Positions 1-7,745 of a stretch of 31,527 nt of DNA are shown here, piece by piece. The DNA comes from Candidatus Hydrothermales bacterium. Lineage in GTDB: Bacteria; Hydrothermota; Hydrothermia; Hydrothermales; JAJRUZ01. The stretch is from contig JBCNUW010000022.1 of NCBI GenBank assembly GCA_039630575.1, positions 1 through 31,527 on the forward strand. The letters are read 5' to 3'. The notes under the pieces are model-generated. The model saw only the letters and a program-made list of their open reading frames with translations. It was not told the DNA's origin and searched no databases. The translations under genes were made by a program, and so were the position numbers. Numbering within the stretch: the stretch's first letter is position 1; each line of letters opens with the position of its first letter.

Positions 1-240
1 GAGCTAATTAAGATAAATAGTATTTCTTTTAAAAATATAGAGATTGAATTCATTTTAGATAAAAAATCAGAAATTTCCTTAAATATTTATGATGTTTCTG
101 GAAGAAAGATAAAAACCATAAATAAAAGTTTAGAATCAGGTATTCATAGGCTGAAAATAAATAATCTTAAAAAAGGTACTTATTTTATAGACGCTAAAGT
201 TAATGGAATAAAAAGGAGATTTAAGGTTTTAAAGATTTAG
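1..240 (+). CDS. 3' end of a secreted protein with a T9SS type A (Por secretion)-like C-terminal sorting domain; partial
   Basis: Frame 1 is open from base 1 to TAG at 238-240 and reads ...KKSEISLNIYDVSGRKIKTINKSLESGIHRLKINNLKKGTYFIDAKVNGIKRRFKVLKI*. The IYDxxGR, GxYF and terminal KxxKx motifs are typical of this domain. Confidence 0.8.
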   Translation, partial: ELIKINSISFKNIEIEFILDKKSEISLNIYDVSGRKIKTINKSLESGIHRLKINNLKKGTYFIDAKVNGIKRRFKVLKI

Positions 241-279
241 GATTAAAGATGCTTTTTGCAAACGATTATAGAAGGTTGA

Positions 280-332
280 CCATGTTTGCCAACACAATTT
301 TAAAAACATTGGATTTAAATTATCCTCATTTT
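280..332 (-). repeat. Degenerate isolated copy of the IS1634-like element right end, inverted relative to 490-547
   Basis: CCATGTTTGCCAAC (280-293) is the exact reverse complement of GTTGGCAAACATGG (530-543). The next ~39 bases align by eye at about two-thirds identity with the reverse complement of 491-529. Confidence 0.65.
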
Positions 333-363
333 TAACTTAACCCCACCGAGAAAATTTGCTTAC

Positions 364-544
364 CCCATGTTTGCCATTTTTACCTTAAAAATTTTTGGGG
401 CTTTTTATTATTTTAAAAATCCCTTGATTTTCAATAATTTTTGATTTTTAAAAAGAGGAGATAAAAAGGAAAATATTTTTAGGTAGAAACAAGATGAAAA
501 TAACTGATATTCAACGATTTTTAAGTTAAGTTGGCAAACATGGG
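364..544 (+). mobile_element. MITE-like non-autonomous element (~181 bp) derived from an IS1634-family IS
   Basis: Perfect 13-bp terminal inverted repeats CCCATGTTTGCCA (364-376) and TGGCAAACATGGG (532-544), with no ORF inside. Similar to 3188-3331 along its length, and ATATTCAACGATTTTTAA (507-524) is identical to 3144-3161 at the end of the transposase relic. Confidence 0.75.
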
Positions 545-555
545 TTAATAAACAA

Positions 556-918
556 TTATTTGATTTCTCTTATTTTTCTTTCAGCTTCTTCTGCTGTGAT
601 TACGCCTTTTTCAAGCAAATCAAGGATTTCCATTAATTCATCTTTTGAATAAAAAGGTTCAATTCCTATTTTCTTTAAAAATTCTTCAAACCTTTGTCTT
701 GTAGTAGGGTAAGAAAGACCAAGTATTTTTGAAATTTCAGAGAGATTTCCTCTTGTTTTTAGAAATAAAAATAAAAGATTAAGTTCGTCCTCAGAAAGTA
801 AAAACAAAAAAGGAATGTCAAATTCACCTTCTATTTTAGTCTTACAAGAAGGACACTCAAATAGTTTTATTTTTAATTTTTCAGAACATACAGGACATTT
901 CCCAATTATCTTTTTCAT
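556..918 (-). CDS. DUF2089-family protein (zinc ribbon + HTH + C-terminal SHOCT-like module); probable transcription regulator
   Basis: CPVC...CPSC ribbon, HTH-like RGNLSEISKILGLSYPTTRQRF, and C-terminal EILDLLEKGVITAEEAERKI. Confidence 0.85.
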   Translation of the reverse strand: MKKIIGKCPVCSEKLKIKLFECPSCKTKIEGEFDIPFLFLLSEDELNLLFLFLKTRGNLSEISKILGLSYPTTRQRFEEFLKKIGIEPFYSKDELMEILDLLEKGVITAEEAERKIREIK

Positions 919-1178
919 TCTACTTCTTTTATTCTCTCTATTGCTTCTTCTATATTTATTTCACCTCTTTCAAGTTTATCAATTACATCTTTTATTCTTT
1001 CTTTTTTAAATTTTCCTAATCTTTTTATTTTTCTCTTAAAATAACCAAGAATAGAAAAAATACCGATTATTATAAGTATCCATGGCCAGTCTCTTTTCCA
1101 GTTCCAGAAGGAGAAAATCCCAAGATTTAAAAACCATATAAAAAGCCCCAAAATTATTAAAAATATCCCTACTTTCAT
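915..1178 (-). CDS. Small two-TM membrane protein (LiaI/LiaF-TM, DUF5668-like) with C-terminal SHOCT-like module
   Basis: GIFLIILGLFIWFLNLG and WPWILIIIGIFSIL helices; C-terminal DVIDKLERGEINIEEAIERI. The start is placed at ATG 1178 (87 aa), just after the upstream stop, rather than at 1211 as in the ORF track. Confidence 0.75.
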   Translation of the reverse strand: MKVGIFLIILGLFIWFLNLGIFSFWNWKRDWPWILIIIGIFSILGYFKRKIKRLGKFKKERIKDVIDKLERGEINIEEAIERIKEVE

Positions 1179-1179
1179 T

Positions 1180-1530
1180 TTACTCAATCCATATTTTAAT
1201 ACAAGAACCATCTTTATCTTTAATGTTTATAATTTCCCCTTCAGCTGATTCTTTTATTGTAGAGAGAATTTCTTCAATATCTATATCTTTTTCCTTTAAA
1301 TGTTCTTTTTTATCCTTTGGTATAAACTTTGTAGCCATCTTTATAAGTCCCATAGGAATGCTCATGTTCACTTTGTCTCCCCTTTCATCTTCAATCTTTA
1401 TTTTTAAAAACTTTCCCGATGGAGTTTTCTTTTGAATGTCAAGAATTGCTTCAAGAAGCCTTTCAGCTTCCTCAGCCTTTAATCTTCCTTCTTCCACCAT
1501 TTTAAGTATTCTTTTAATCTCTTCTTTCAT
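1180..1530 (-). CDS. SHOCT-like domain protein of the type usually found next to DUF2089 genes
   Basis: N-terminal MKEEIKRILKMVEEGRLKAEEAERLLEAI followed by FLKIKI...KVNMSIPMGL...IINI...IKIWIE; GGAGG-type RBS; start overlaps the upstream stop. Confidence 0.8.
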   Translation of the reverse strand: MKEEIKRILKMVEEGRLKAEEAERLLEAILDIQKKTPSGKFLKIKIEDERGDKVNMSIPMGLIKMATKFIPKDKKEHLKEKDIDIEEILSTIKESAEGEIINIKDKDGSCIKIWIE

Positions 1531-2243
1531 TATTCCTCCTTGAATTTTAATTCAAAATCACCTTCATGACTTTCTATATTTACTCTCCTATATTCCTTTT
1601 CCCCATAAATATAAATATCTCCTTCTTTTTTGAATCCTTCAGGTAATTTTATTTCACCACTATATGTATCCACTTTTATTAAGATTGGTTTTCTTTTTGT
1701 TTTTAACTTAAAATTGCCCGTATAGGTTGCTATATTTATTTCATCAAATTCTACATCAGCATAAATATCACCAGAATAAGTTTGAATTTTAATTTTTTTA
1801 AAATTTCCGCTTAATTCAATATCACCGCTATAAAGAGTAGCATAGATTTCTTTATATTCAGGAACAAAAAGCTCTAAGTCTCCACTATGAGAATTTATAA
1901 AAACTTTATGTTCTGTTTCCTCAAGTAATGCGTCTTCTGCTTCTATCTTTATATTTTCTCTTTTTTCAGATTTAATTTCTACATCGCCAGTATAAGATTT
2001 TAATTGAATTATATCTTTTGGAAGGATTTCAGTACTTATTTCACCTTTCTTTGAAAAAATAAAGGCAGAGCGAATTGAATCCTTTATTTTCTTTTCTATC
2101 ATCTCTGGTATCCATCTAAACCCAAAAAATTCAGATTCCTTTTTACCCGCTTCTTTTACTGCCTTTATAAGCCTTTCAGCTTCCTCTACACTTATTTTCC
2201 CTTCCTCAAGTAAACTTATTATCTTTTTAATGGCTTCTTCCAT
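1530..2243 (-). CDS. SHOCT-like N-terminus + DUF4097 (Toastrack) beta-strand repeat protein, YvlB/LiaX-like
   Basis: N-terminal IKKIISLLEEGKISVEEAERLI; repeated (S/T)(Y/H)(S/T)GD(V/I/L) strands (SYTGDV, SHSGDL, LYSGDI, TYSGDI, TYTGNF, TYSGEI, SHEGDF); AGGAGG RBS. Confidence 0.8.
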   Translation of the reverse strand: MEEAIKKIISLLEEGKISVEEAERLIKAVKEAGKKESEFFGFRWIPEMIEKKIKDSIRSAFIFSKKGEISTEILPKDIIQLKSYTGDVEIKSEKRENIKIEAEDALLEETEHKVFINSHSGDLELFVPEYKEIYATLYSGDIELSGNFKKIKIQTYSGDIYADVEFDEINIATYTGNFKLKTKRKPILIKVDTYSGEIKLPEGFKKEGDIYIYGEKEYRRVNIESHEGDFELKFKEE

Positions 2244-2278
2244 ATTTTACCTCCTAAAATTTAAAATCAAATTTATAA

Positions 2279-2307
2279 ATTATAAAGAATTTTTTCTAAA
2301 TTGTCAA
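2279..2307 (-). promoter_or_regulatory. Perfect-consensus sigma70 promoter of the SHOCT/DUF2089 operon
   Basis: Minus strand reads TTGACA (2307-2302), a 17-nt spacer, then TATAAT (2284-2279), about 35 nt upstream of the ATG at 2243. Confidence 0.85.
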
Positions 2308-2372
2308 GTTTTCTTAAAAATTTTATAAAACTATTTGAAAATTTAGAAAATTTAAAATCTTCTAATATTTCT

Positions 2373-2459
2373 TCAAGTTTTTTCACATTTTCTTACTTCT
2401 CCTTTAATCCATTCTAAGATTTCCATTGCGGTCTTTGCATAAAAAGGAAGGGTGGATAT
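2373..2459 (-). pseudogene. Possible remnant of a HEPN-domain gene C-terminus
   Basis: Reads ISTLPFYAKTAMEILEWIKGEVRKCEKT*, resembling the final helix of HEPN proteins (A..A.EIL.WI). No start and no rest of the domain; it abuts the IS relic. Confidence 0.25.
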
Positions 2460-2510
2460 TTTAATTTTAAAATTTTGGCACTTTAATAAAAATTTCTAGT
2501 TTACCCCTAA

Positions 2511-3172
2511 AATGGTAAACCAAAACAAAGAATCATATCTACATTAGGAAGGTTGGATAAGTTAAAAGAAATAAACGATTTAAAAACTTAGGAGATAGTT
2601 TTTTAAGGTCTAAAGAATTATGGCAGATAAAAAAATAATTAAAGAATTAAAAAACCTATTAGAGGTAAAACATATTATGGGTATAACTTTTAAAATGGCT
2701 AAAAAAGAAAGGATATCTTTCGCAGAGATAAAGAAAAATTTAGAAGAATTATACTAAAAAACTCATTTCAAGGTGTTGCTGGTAGGATATTTCAAACTCT
2801 TAGGATAAAGGGTCGACCAACAAATTATTCGTCCTCTAAAATTAAAGCAAAGTTTATATAGTACAATGCCAAAATTTTATTTTCAAAAATTATTTTAAAT
2901 TATTATTTTTAAAAGAAGTTTAAAAATGGGTTTAAAGAGGTTATTGGAGGTATAGAGTGCTATTCAGAAAAATAAAAGATTTTATGAAGATAAGACTATA
3001 TTTGTTGCAGTTCTTAGGTATTTAGTTGAGAAAGCAATTATGAAATTTTGAAAAAGAGCTATAGAAAGAAAAATATTTGAGTTTTTTGATGTAAAAATAA
3101 GGAGATATCTTTTAGTGGAGACAAGATAAAAGTAAAATTGATAATATTCAACGATTTTTAAATTAAATTGGG
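2511..3172 (+). pseudogene. Heavily deleted and frameshifted IS1634-family transposase relic with degenerate right end
   Basis: Colinear fragments: NGKPKQRIISTLGRLDKL from 2511 (family N-terminal GKP.QR.I..LGR.D motif); IKELKNLLEVKHIMG (~2640-2680); LLEV*SA/FRKIKDFMKIR (~2941-2996, catalytic VE.AFR.IK...IRP region with a stop and a frameshift); IFVAVLRYLVEKAI (~2998-3039). These are followed by sequence matching the MITE right end. Confidence 0.75.
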
Positions 3173-3187
3173 TTAGAAAAGAGTTAA

Positions 3188-3331
3188 CCAATTTCCCATT
3201 TTCACCCTAAAAATTTTGGGGACCTTTATAATTTTAAAAATCATCAGGTTCCAATAATTTTAAATTTTTAAAAGAAAAGATAAAAATATAATTTGTATTC
3301 AAAGATTTTTAATTTAAGGGGCAAAAATGGG
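3188..3331 (+). mobile_element. Second, more degenerate and internally shortened copy of the MITE-like element
   Basis: CCATTTTCACCCTAAAAATTTTGGGG...CAATAATTTT...GATAAAAA...TATTCAAAGATTTTTAA...GGCAAAAATGGG aligns colinearly with 364-544; flanked by TTAA (3184-3187) and TTAA (3332-3335). Confidence 0.7.
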
Positions 3332-3798
3332 TTAAAATTGTATAGGAAACAAAGCCACAACCAAAAACGAGAGAAAATTGTAAATATCTTACCTATTATA
3401 ATTAAAAATATCTCTTCTAAAATATTAAAAATGTTATCGTCTAAACTTTAATAAATTTCCATAATTAATATCTTTTGTTGCAAACATTTATCTGAAATTT
3501 ATTATATTCTATCAGGTTTACTTTTAATACTGAAATTTCAAGACAATTTTTCTATCAATATTAATATGAAGATTACCCATTATTTCTTCATAATACTTAT
3601 GCCCTTTTTCAAGAAGACTTTTTGAAATTTCTTTTTTTATGTTCATAAACCACTTTCAAAACACCATGAACATCTTTCTTTTCTTACTCATGTTTTATTC
3701 TTTTAGCCTTCTTCTTAGAAGATTTTCAATTAAATGGGAGCAAGACTTACAAAGATATTTCTTTAAAAATATAGAAAAACTAAACCTTTTCTTTGCCT

Positions 3799-4959
3799 TT
3801 AAACTCTAAAAATTACTTTTTCTTTTTTAAATGTACGTACACTGTAAATAAAAGCAAAAAGCATATAAAAAATGTTTGAAATAAGAGTTATAAAATATTC
3901 AATCAATACAAATTCTCCCTGAAGGACCTTTTTAATTGTAATTGCAATATTTAAAACAGGTATTAAAAAATGATAGGGAGAAAAATTAATTGAGGGCAAA
4001 AAGGAATAAAGGGCTGGTATTATAACCGCAAATGTAAGAGGTGTTAAAAGACTTTGTGCTTCTTTATAACTCCTTGCATAAGATGCTATTGCTATTTCTA
4101 TTCCGGAAATTAAGAAAGCAAAAGGAATTATAACAGAAAAAATAAGAAATATTTCTTTAATACTTATTGCTTTAAATATGTGGACTTGCGAAATACTTTC
4201 TTCTATTAAAATACCACCTTTTAAAAGAGTTATTGAGAGGGAAATTATTGTAAGTATTGCAGTAATAAATGAAACAACTGTTACAACAAGAATTTTTGAT
4301 ATTATAACTTTATTTATCCCTGCTGGTGAGGAAAGCAAGATTTCAAGGGTTCTTCTTTCTTTTTCACCCGTTACAAGGTCTATTGCAGGATACATTGCAG
4401 ATGTCATCATTAAAATTACTGTTATAAACCCAAAAACTGTTCCCAAAAAATATCCAAAAAATTTTTTACCTGACTCTATACCTTTTTCCTCTAACACAAA
4501 AGGGATTAATTCACTTAATCTTATTCCTCTTTCTTCAAGTCTTTCATTAAACAATTTCTCTTTAAAAGAATCCAAAATTTTTTTTAATCTTATTCTTGCA
4601 AATTCAGATGTCTTCTCTTTAATAAGATAAATGATTTCAATAAAAAACTTATCTTCTTTTTTATCAATAACAATCCCAACATCTATTTCTTTTTTGATTA
4701 AAAGAGAGTGAGGGTCATTTGTTTCTAAAATATCAAAATTCAAATCACTCATAATATCCCTTATTTCTTTAAATTCAACTTTTTCATAAATACCTACTTT
4801 ATATTTCATTTTACCAAGTTCTTTAATTGACTTGGTCATTATTCCACCCATAAAAACCATTAAAAAAGGAACACCAAAAACAGGTATTATTATCATGTTT
4901 ATTATTGTCCTTTTATCCCTTAAAACATCAAGAAATTCCTTTTTAAGGAGTGCTTTCAT
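3799..4959 (-). CDS. ABC-2 type exporter permease, NatB-like
   Basis: LLKKEFLDVLRDKRT N-terminus, PAIDLVTGEKERRTLEILLSSP, ASYARSYKEAQSLLTP, multiple TM helices. Confidence 0.85.
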   Translation of the reverse strand: MKALLKKEFLDVLRDKRTIINMIIIPVFGVPFLMVFMGGIMTKSIKELGKMKYKVGIYEKVEFKEIRDIMSDLNFDILETNDPHSLLIKKEIDVGIVIDKKEDKFFIEIIYLIKEKTSEFARIRLKKILDSFKEKLFNERLEERGIRLSELIPFVLEEKGIESGKKFFGYFLGTVFGFITVILMMTSAMYPAIDLVTGEKERRTLEILLSSPAGINKVIISKILVVTVVSFITAILTIISLSITLLKGGILIEESISQVHIFKAISIKEIFLIFSVIIPFAFLISGIEIAIASYARSYKEAQSLLTPLTFAVIIPALYSFLPSINFSPYHFLIPVLNIAITIKKVLQGEFVLIEYFITLISNIFYMLFAFIYSVRTFKKEKVIFRV

Positions 4960-5691
4960 TTAAGTAAGGCCAAAAACATCTCTCTTAAAGTTTTTTTACC
5001 GGTTTTATCTCTCATTTCTTCAATCCTCCCAATGTATGTTATCTTTCCTTCATTTATAATACCTATTCTATCAGCAAGATATTCTGCCTGTTCCATTATA
5101 TGTGTTGATATCAAAATTGTTTTCCCTTCTTTTTTTAATTTCAAAAGATACTCCTCAAGGAGCTTTGCTGCAACAACATCAAGTCCTTGCGCTGGCTCAT
5201 CAAGGACTAAAACAGGTGGGTCTGAGATTAAAATTTTTGACAAAAGAACCTTTTGCTTTGTTCCTTCTGAAAGTTTATCAATTATTGTTTTTGAATATCT
5301 TTCAATACCAAGAGACTCAAAAACTTCTTTTTTTCTTTTATTTATTATATCTTTTTGTAATCCATATAAACTTGCAAATATCTCAACAAATTCAGAGGGT
5401 GTCAATCTATGATAAAGACCTGTATCCCCTGGTAAAAAACCTATTGATTTTCTAACCTTTTCAGGTTCCTTTAAAATATTATATCCATTTATAAATGCCT
5501 CACCTGAATCAGGTTTTAAAATTGTTGTAAGAATTCTTAATGTTGTTGTCTTCCCAGCACCATTTGGGCCTAAAAGAGCAAAAATCTCTCCTTCTTTAAC
5601 AAAAAAAAGAAACACCATCTACTGCTTTAACAATTACCTTCTTTGAATAAAAATATTTTCTTATATCTCTTACAAAAATTTTACTATCCAT
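4956..5691 (-). CDS. ABC exporter ATP-binding subunit, NatA-like, with a one-base frameshift at 5601-5608
   Basis: Walker A GPNGAGKTT, signature LSEGTKQK, Walker B VLVLDEP, H-loop STH. The upstream frame from ATG 5691 reads MDSKIFVRDIRKYFYSKKVIVKAVDGVSFF and joins VKEGEIFALLG if the T8 run is read as T7. Confidence 0.85.
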
Positions 5692-5699
5692 AGGTCCAA

Positions 5700-5729
5700 A
5701 TTTTAAAGTAACCTGATAAAATTAATCAA
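5700..5729 (-). promoter_or_regulatory. Probable sigma70 promoter of the ABC exporter operon
   Basis: TTGATT-N18-TAAAAT, ending 8 nt before ATG 5691; no SD. Confidence 0.45.
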
Positions 5730-6147
5730 ATAAACCTGTAGGCTAATATAAGAATTGACTTTTATTAAGATATAAAAAATATTGAATAGAATTGGAAGGA
5801 GTCAATAATTTCTATCTAAATATCTTTTCAAATTATAATAGGTTCTATCTCTTTATACCCTATCTCAGTATTTTTCTATTTTCTTGTTTTTAAAGAAATA
5901 TATATTTTAGAAGTGATCGTGGTTTAGTAGAACATCTTCTATTTCTTTTGAGTTTTATTTTTTATCTTTTAAAAGTCTAATTATATACCTTATGATCCTA
6001 ATTTGTATTATAAGTGCTACTTTAATAGTTAGTTTTGTAGCTTTTATAGGAATAATTTTTAATTTTCTAAAAAAATTTTTGATAAAATGCTTTTTATTAC
6101 AGTCTATTTTGCTTAAGGGGCTTTAATAGTTAATATCTTACACGAAA

Positions 6148-6273
6148 AATGCTTTTCCACCAAGAAAGCCTGATACAGAACCTTCTCTTTTTGAAATTTT
6201 GTCTCCTTAAAGCAATGCAGTTGTTTCAGGTGAAATAGTTAAAATCCATGATTTTCTTAGATTAAAAATTTAA
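6148..6273 (+). pseudogene. Possible degraded fragment of an Ig-like (Big-type) domain gene
   Basis: Reads NAFPPRKPDTEPSLFEILSP*SNAVVSGEIVKI, resembling the DTxPP.V.I.SP.NG..VSG.V.I start of bacterial Ig-like domains; in-frame stop at 6208-6210. Confidence 0.3.
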
Positions 6274-6557
6274 AAATACATATTACCAACCTTCATTATA
6301 TTTAAGAAAACGGTTTTTCCAGCTTGAAAAAATTAAAAAAATATAGAAAAAATGATAATTTTGAGAGTGAAAAAAGTTAGGATAAGACTTATTGGCAAAT
6401 TTAGAATTCAAAACTTATTAAAACAGAATGATTAATAAAAATGAAGTAAAAGATGAGAATCACCAGGTTCTTTAGTTTGAGAGTCTCTTATCATTTAATA
6501 TTAGATTTCTTTATAAAGTTTTGAAGTATAATTTTAATAAATTAAAAAGGAGGTAAT

Positions 6558-7592
6558 ATGGGTATTATTTTATCTTTAATAATAATTTCTGGAACATTTT
6601 CAATAGTTGCAATGGATCCCGAGACAGAAGAATTCGGTGTCGGGGTTGCTTCAAAAGTTTTAGATGTTGGTTATATCGTTCCTTGGTTAGAAGCAGATGC
6701 AGGTGCAGTAGCAACACAGGCTCTTGCTAACCCATATTTAGGCAAATGGGCTATTGAGCTTCTAAAAGAGGGTAAAAGCGCTGAAGAAGTTCTTAAAATA
6801 ATTCTCGAAAGAGATACATCACCGGAGGATAGACAGGTAGGAATTGTTGATAAAAATGGAAATTCAGTATCTTTTACTGGAAAAAATACAATCTCATGGG
6901 CAGGACATAAAAATGATAAATATGTGGCAGTCCAGGGAAATATACTTGTAGGTCCAGAAGTTATTGATACGATGTTTAAAGTTTTCAAAAATACTGAAGG
7001 GCTACCTCTTGCAGAAAGGCTCCTTTTAGCTCTCGAAGCAGGAGAGGCAGTAGGAGGAGATAAAAGGGGAAAACAATCAGCAGCTCTTTATGTTGTAAGG
7101 AAAAGAGGAGGATATCAAGGAGCAAACGATAAACTTGTTGAATTAAAGGTTATTGATAATCCCGAACCTTTAAAAGAATTAAGAAGAGAGTATGAATTAT
7201 GGCAATATGCATTCCTTGCAACAAGCTATTTAAGGCTCGGGAAGGAAGAAAAAGATAAAGAGGAAATATTTTTTAAAAGAGCTTATTCACTTTTAAAAAA
7301 AGCTTTAGAAATTGACTTAAAAAATGCAGATGTTTATAATAATTTGGCATGGGAATTTGCTTTGATGAAAAAATATCCAAAAGAGACAATTGAAGCAGCA
7401 AAAAGAGCACATGAGTTGTCCCCAGAAGATCCAAATATAATGGATACACTTGCAGAAGCCTATTATGCAGCAGGAATGTATAAAGAGGCTATTTTTTGGG
7501 AGAAAAAAGCTCTTGAAAAAGAACCTAATAATGAATTCTTTAAAAAACAACTTGAAAAATTTAAAAGGGCATTAAAAAAATCTAAAAAGTAA
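6558..7592 (+). CDS. DUF1028-family putative Ntn-hydrolase with C-terminal TPR region, probably exported
   Basis: TFSIVAMDPET...GVGVAS, GAVATQA, RQVGIVD, QGNIL, AGEAVGGDKRGKQSAAL; TPR-like YNNLAW...DTLAEAYY; AGGAGG RBS at 6548-6553 and TATAAT at 6527-6532. Confidence 0.85.
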   Translation: MGIILSLIIISGTFSIVAMDPETEEFGVGVASKVLDVGYIVPWLEADAGAVATQALANPYLGKWAIELLKEGKSAEEVLKIILERDTSPEDRQVGIVDKNGNSVSFTGKNTISWAGHKNDKYVAVQGNILVGPEVIDTMFKVFKNTEGLPLAERLLLALEAGEAVGGDKRGKQSAALYVVRKRGGYQGANDKLVELKVIDNPEPLKELRREYELWQYAFLATSYLRLGKEEKDKEEIFFKRAYSLLKKALEIDLKNADVYNNLAWEFALMKKYPKETIEAAKRAHELSPEDPNIMDTLAEAYYAAGMYKEAIFWEKKALEKEPNNEFFKKQLEKFKRALKKSKK

Positions 7593-7607
7593 AACAATAA
7601 ATTTAAA

Positions 7608-7646
7608 CCCCTCCTGCCCCAGCAGCCCTTTTTCCCACTACTTTTT
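7608..7646 (-). ncRNA. Candidate sigma54-dependent small RNA with a G-quadruplex-type tract; 3' end unknown
   Basis: Minus strand GGGAAAAAGGGCTGCTGGGGCAGGAGGGG (7636-7608) starts about 10 nt after the predicted +1 of the adjacent -24/-12 promoter. No credible ORF follows. Confidence 0.35.
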
Positions 7647-7656
7647 ACTTAAAATA

Positions 7657-7672
7657 AGCAAAAAATATTCCA
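7657..7672 (-). promoter_or_regulatory. Sigma54-type -24/-12 promoter with no downstream gene
   Basis: Minus strand TGGAATATTTTTTGCT, i.e. GG-N10-GC; 12/16 identical to the element upstream of hdrC. Confidence 0.6.
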
Positions 7673-7714
7673 CTCAAAAATTTTTAGAAAATCAAAGGAT
7701 TTTAAAATGAAAAA

Positions 7715-7745
7715 GTGTATCAAAGATACAATCATTATGAGACAT
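7715..7745. promoter_or_regulatory. Candidate enhancer-binding-protein site (upstream activator sequence)
   Basis: Perfect palindrome TGTATC-AAA-GATACA (7716-7730) followed by TGAGACAT (7738-7745); a similar block lies at 28070-28099. Confidence 0.5.

Noticed and set aside
2982..3191. 69-aa minus-strand ORF
   Set aside because: Antisense to the transposase relic and its terminal repeat; no recognisable motif.
280..3335. Repeated CCATGTTTGCCA-like units as a CRISPR array or integron attC sites
   Set aside because: The copies are few, in both orientations and irregularly spaced, and they are linked to transposase fragments; IS ends explain them.
5616..5618. ATG 5618 as the start of the ABC ATPase
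   Set aside because: It has no RBS and omits the conserved first strands; the upstream frame from 5691 supplies the canonical N-terminus.
6392..6399. TTGGCAAA resembling the MITE right end
   Set aside because: Only 8 bp with no flanking similarity; expected by chance.
7460..7597. Short minus-strand TTG ORF downstream of the AGGAGG in the G-tract
   Set aside because: Almost wholly antisense to the DUF1028 gene, 12-nt SD spacing and shadow-like composition.
7608..7636. C-rich tract as an intrinsic terminator for the DUF1028 gene
   Set aside because: Only a 4-bp stem (CTGC/GCAG), separated from the T-run by CCC; the flanking C-runs have no pairing partner. Not excluded, but too weak to call.
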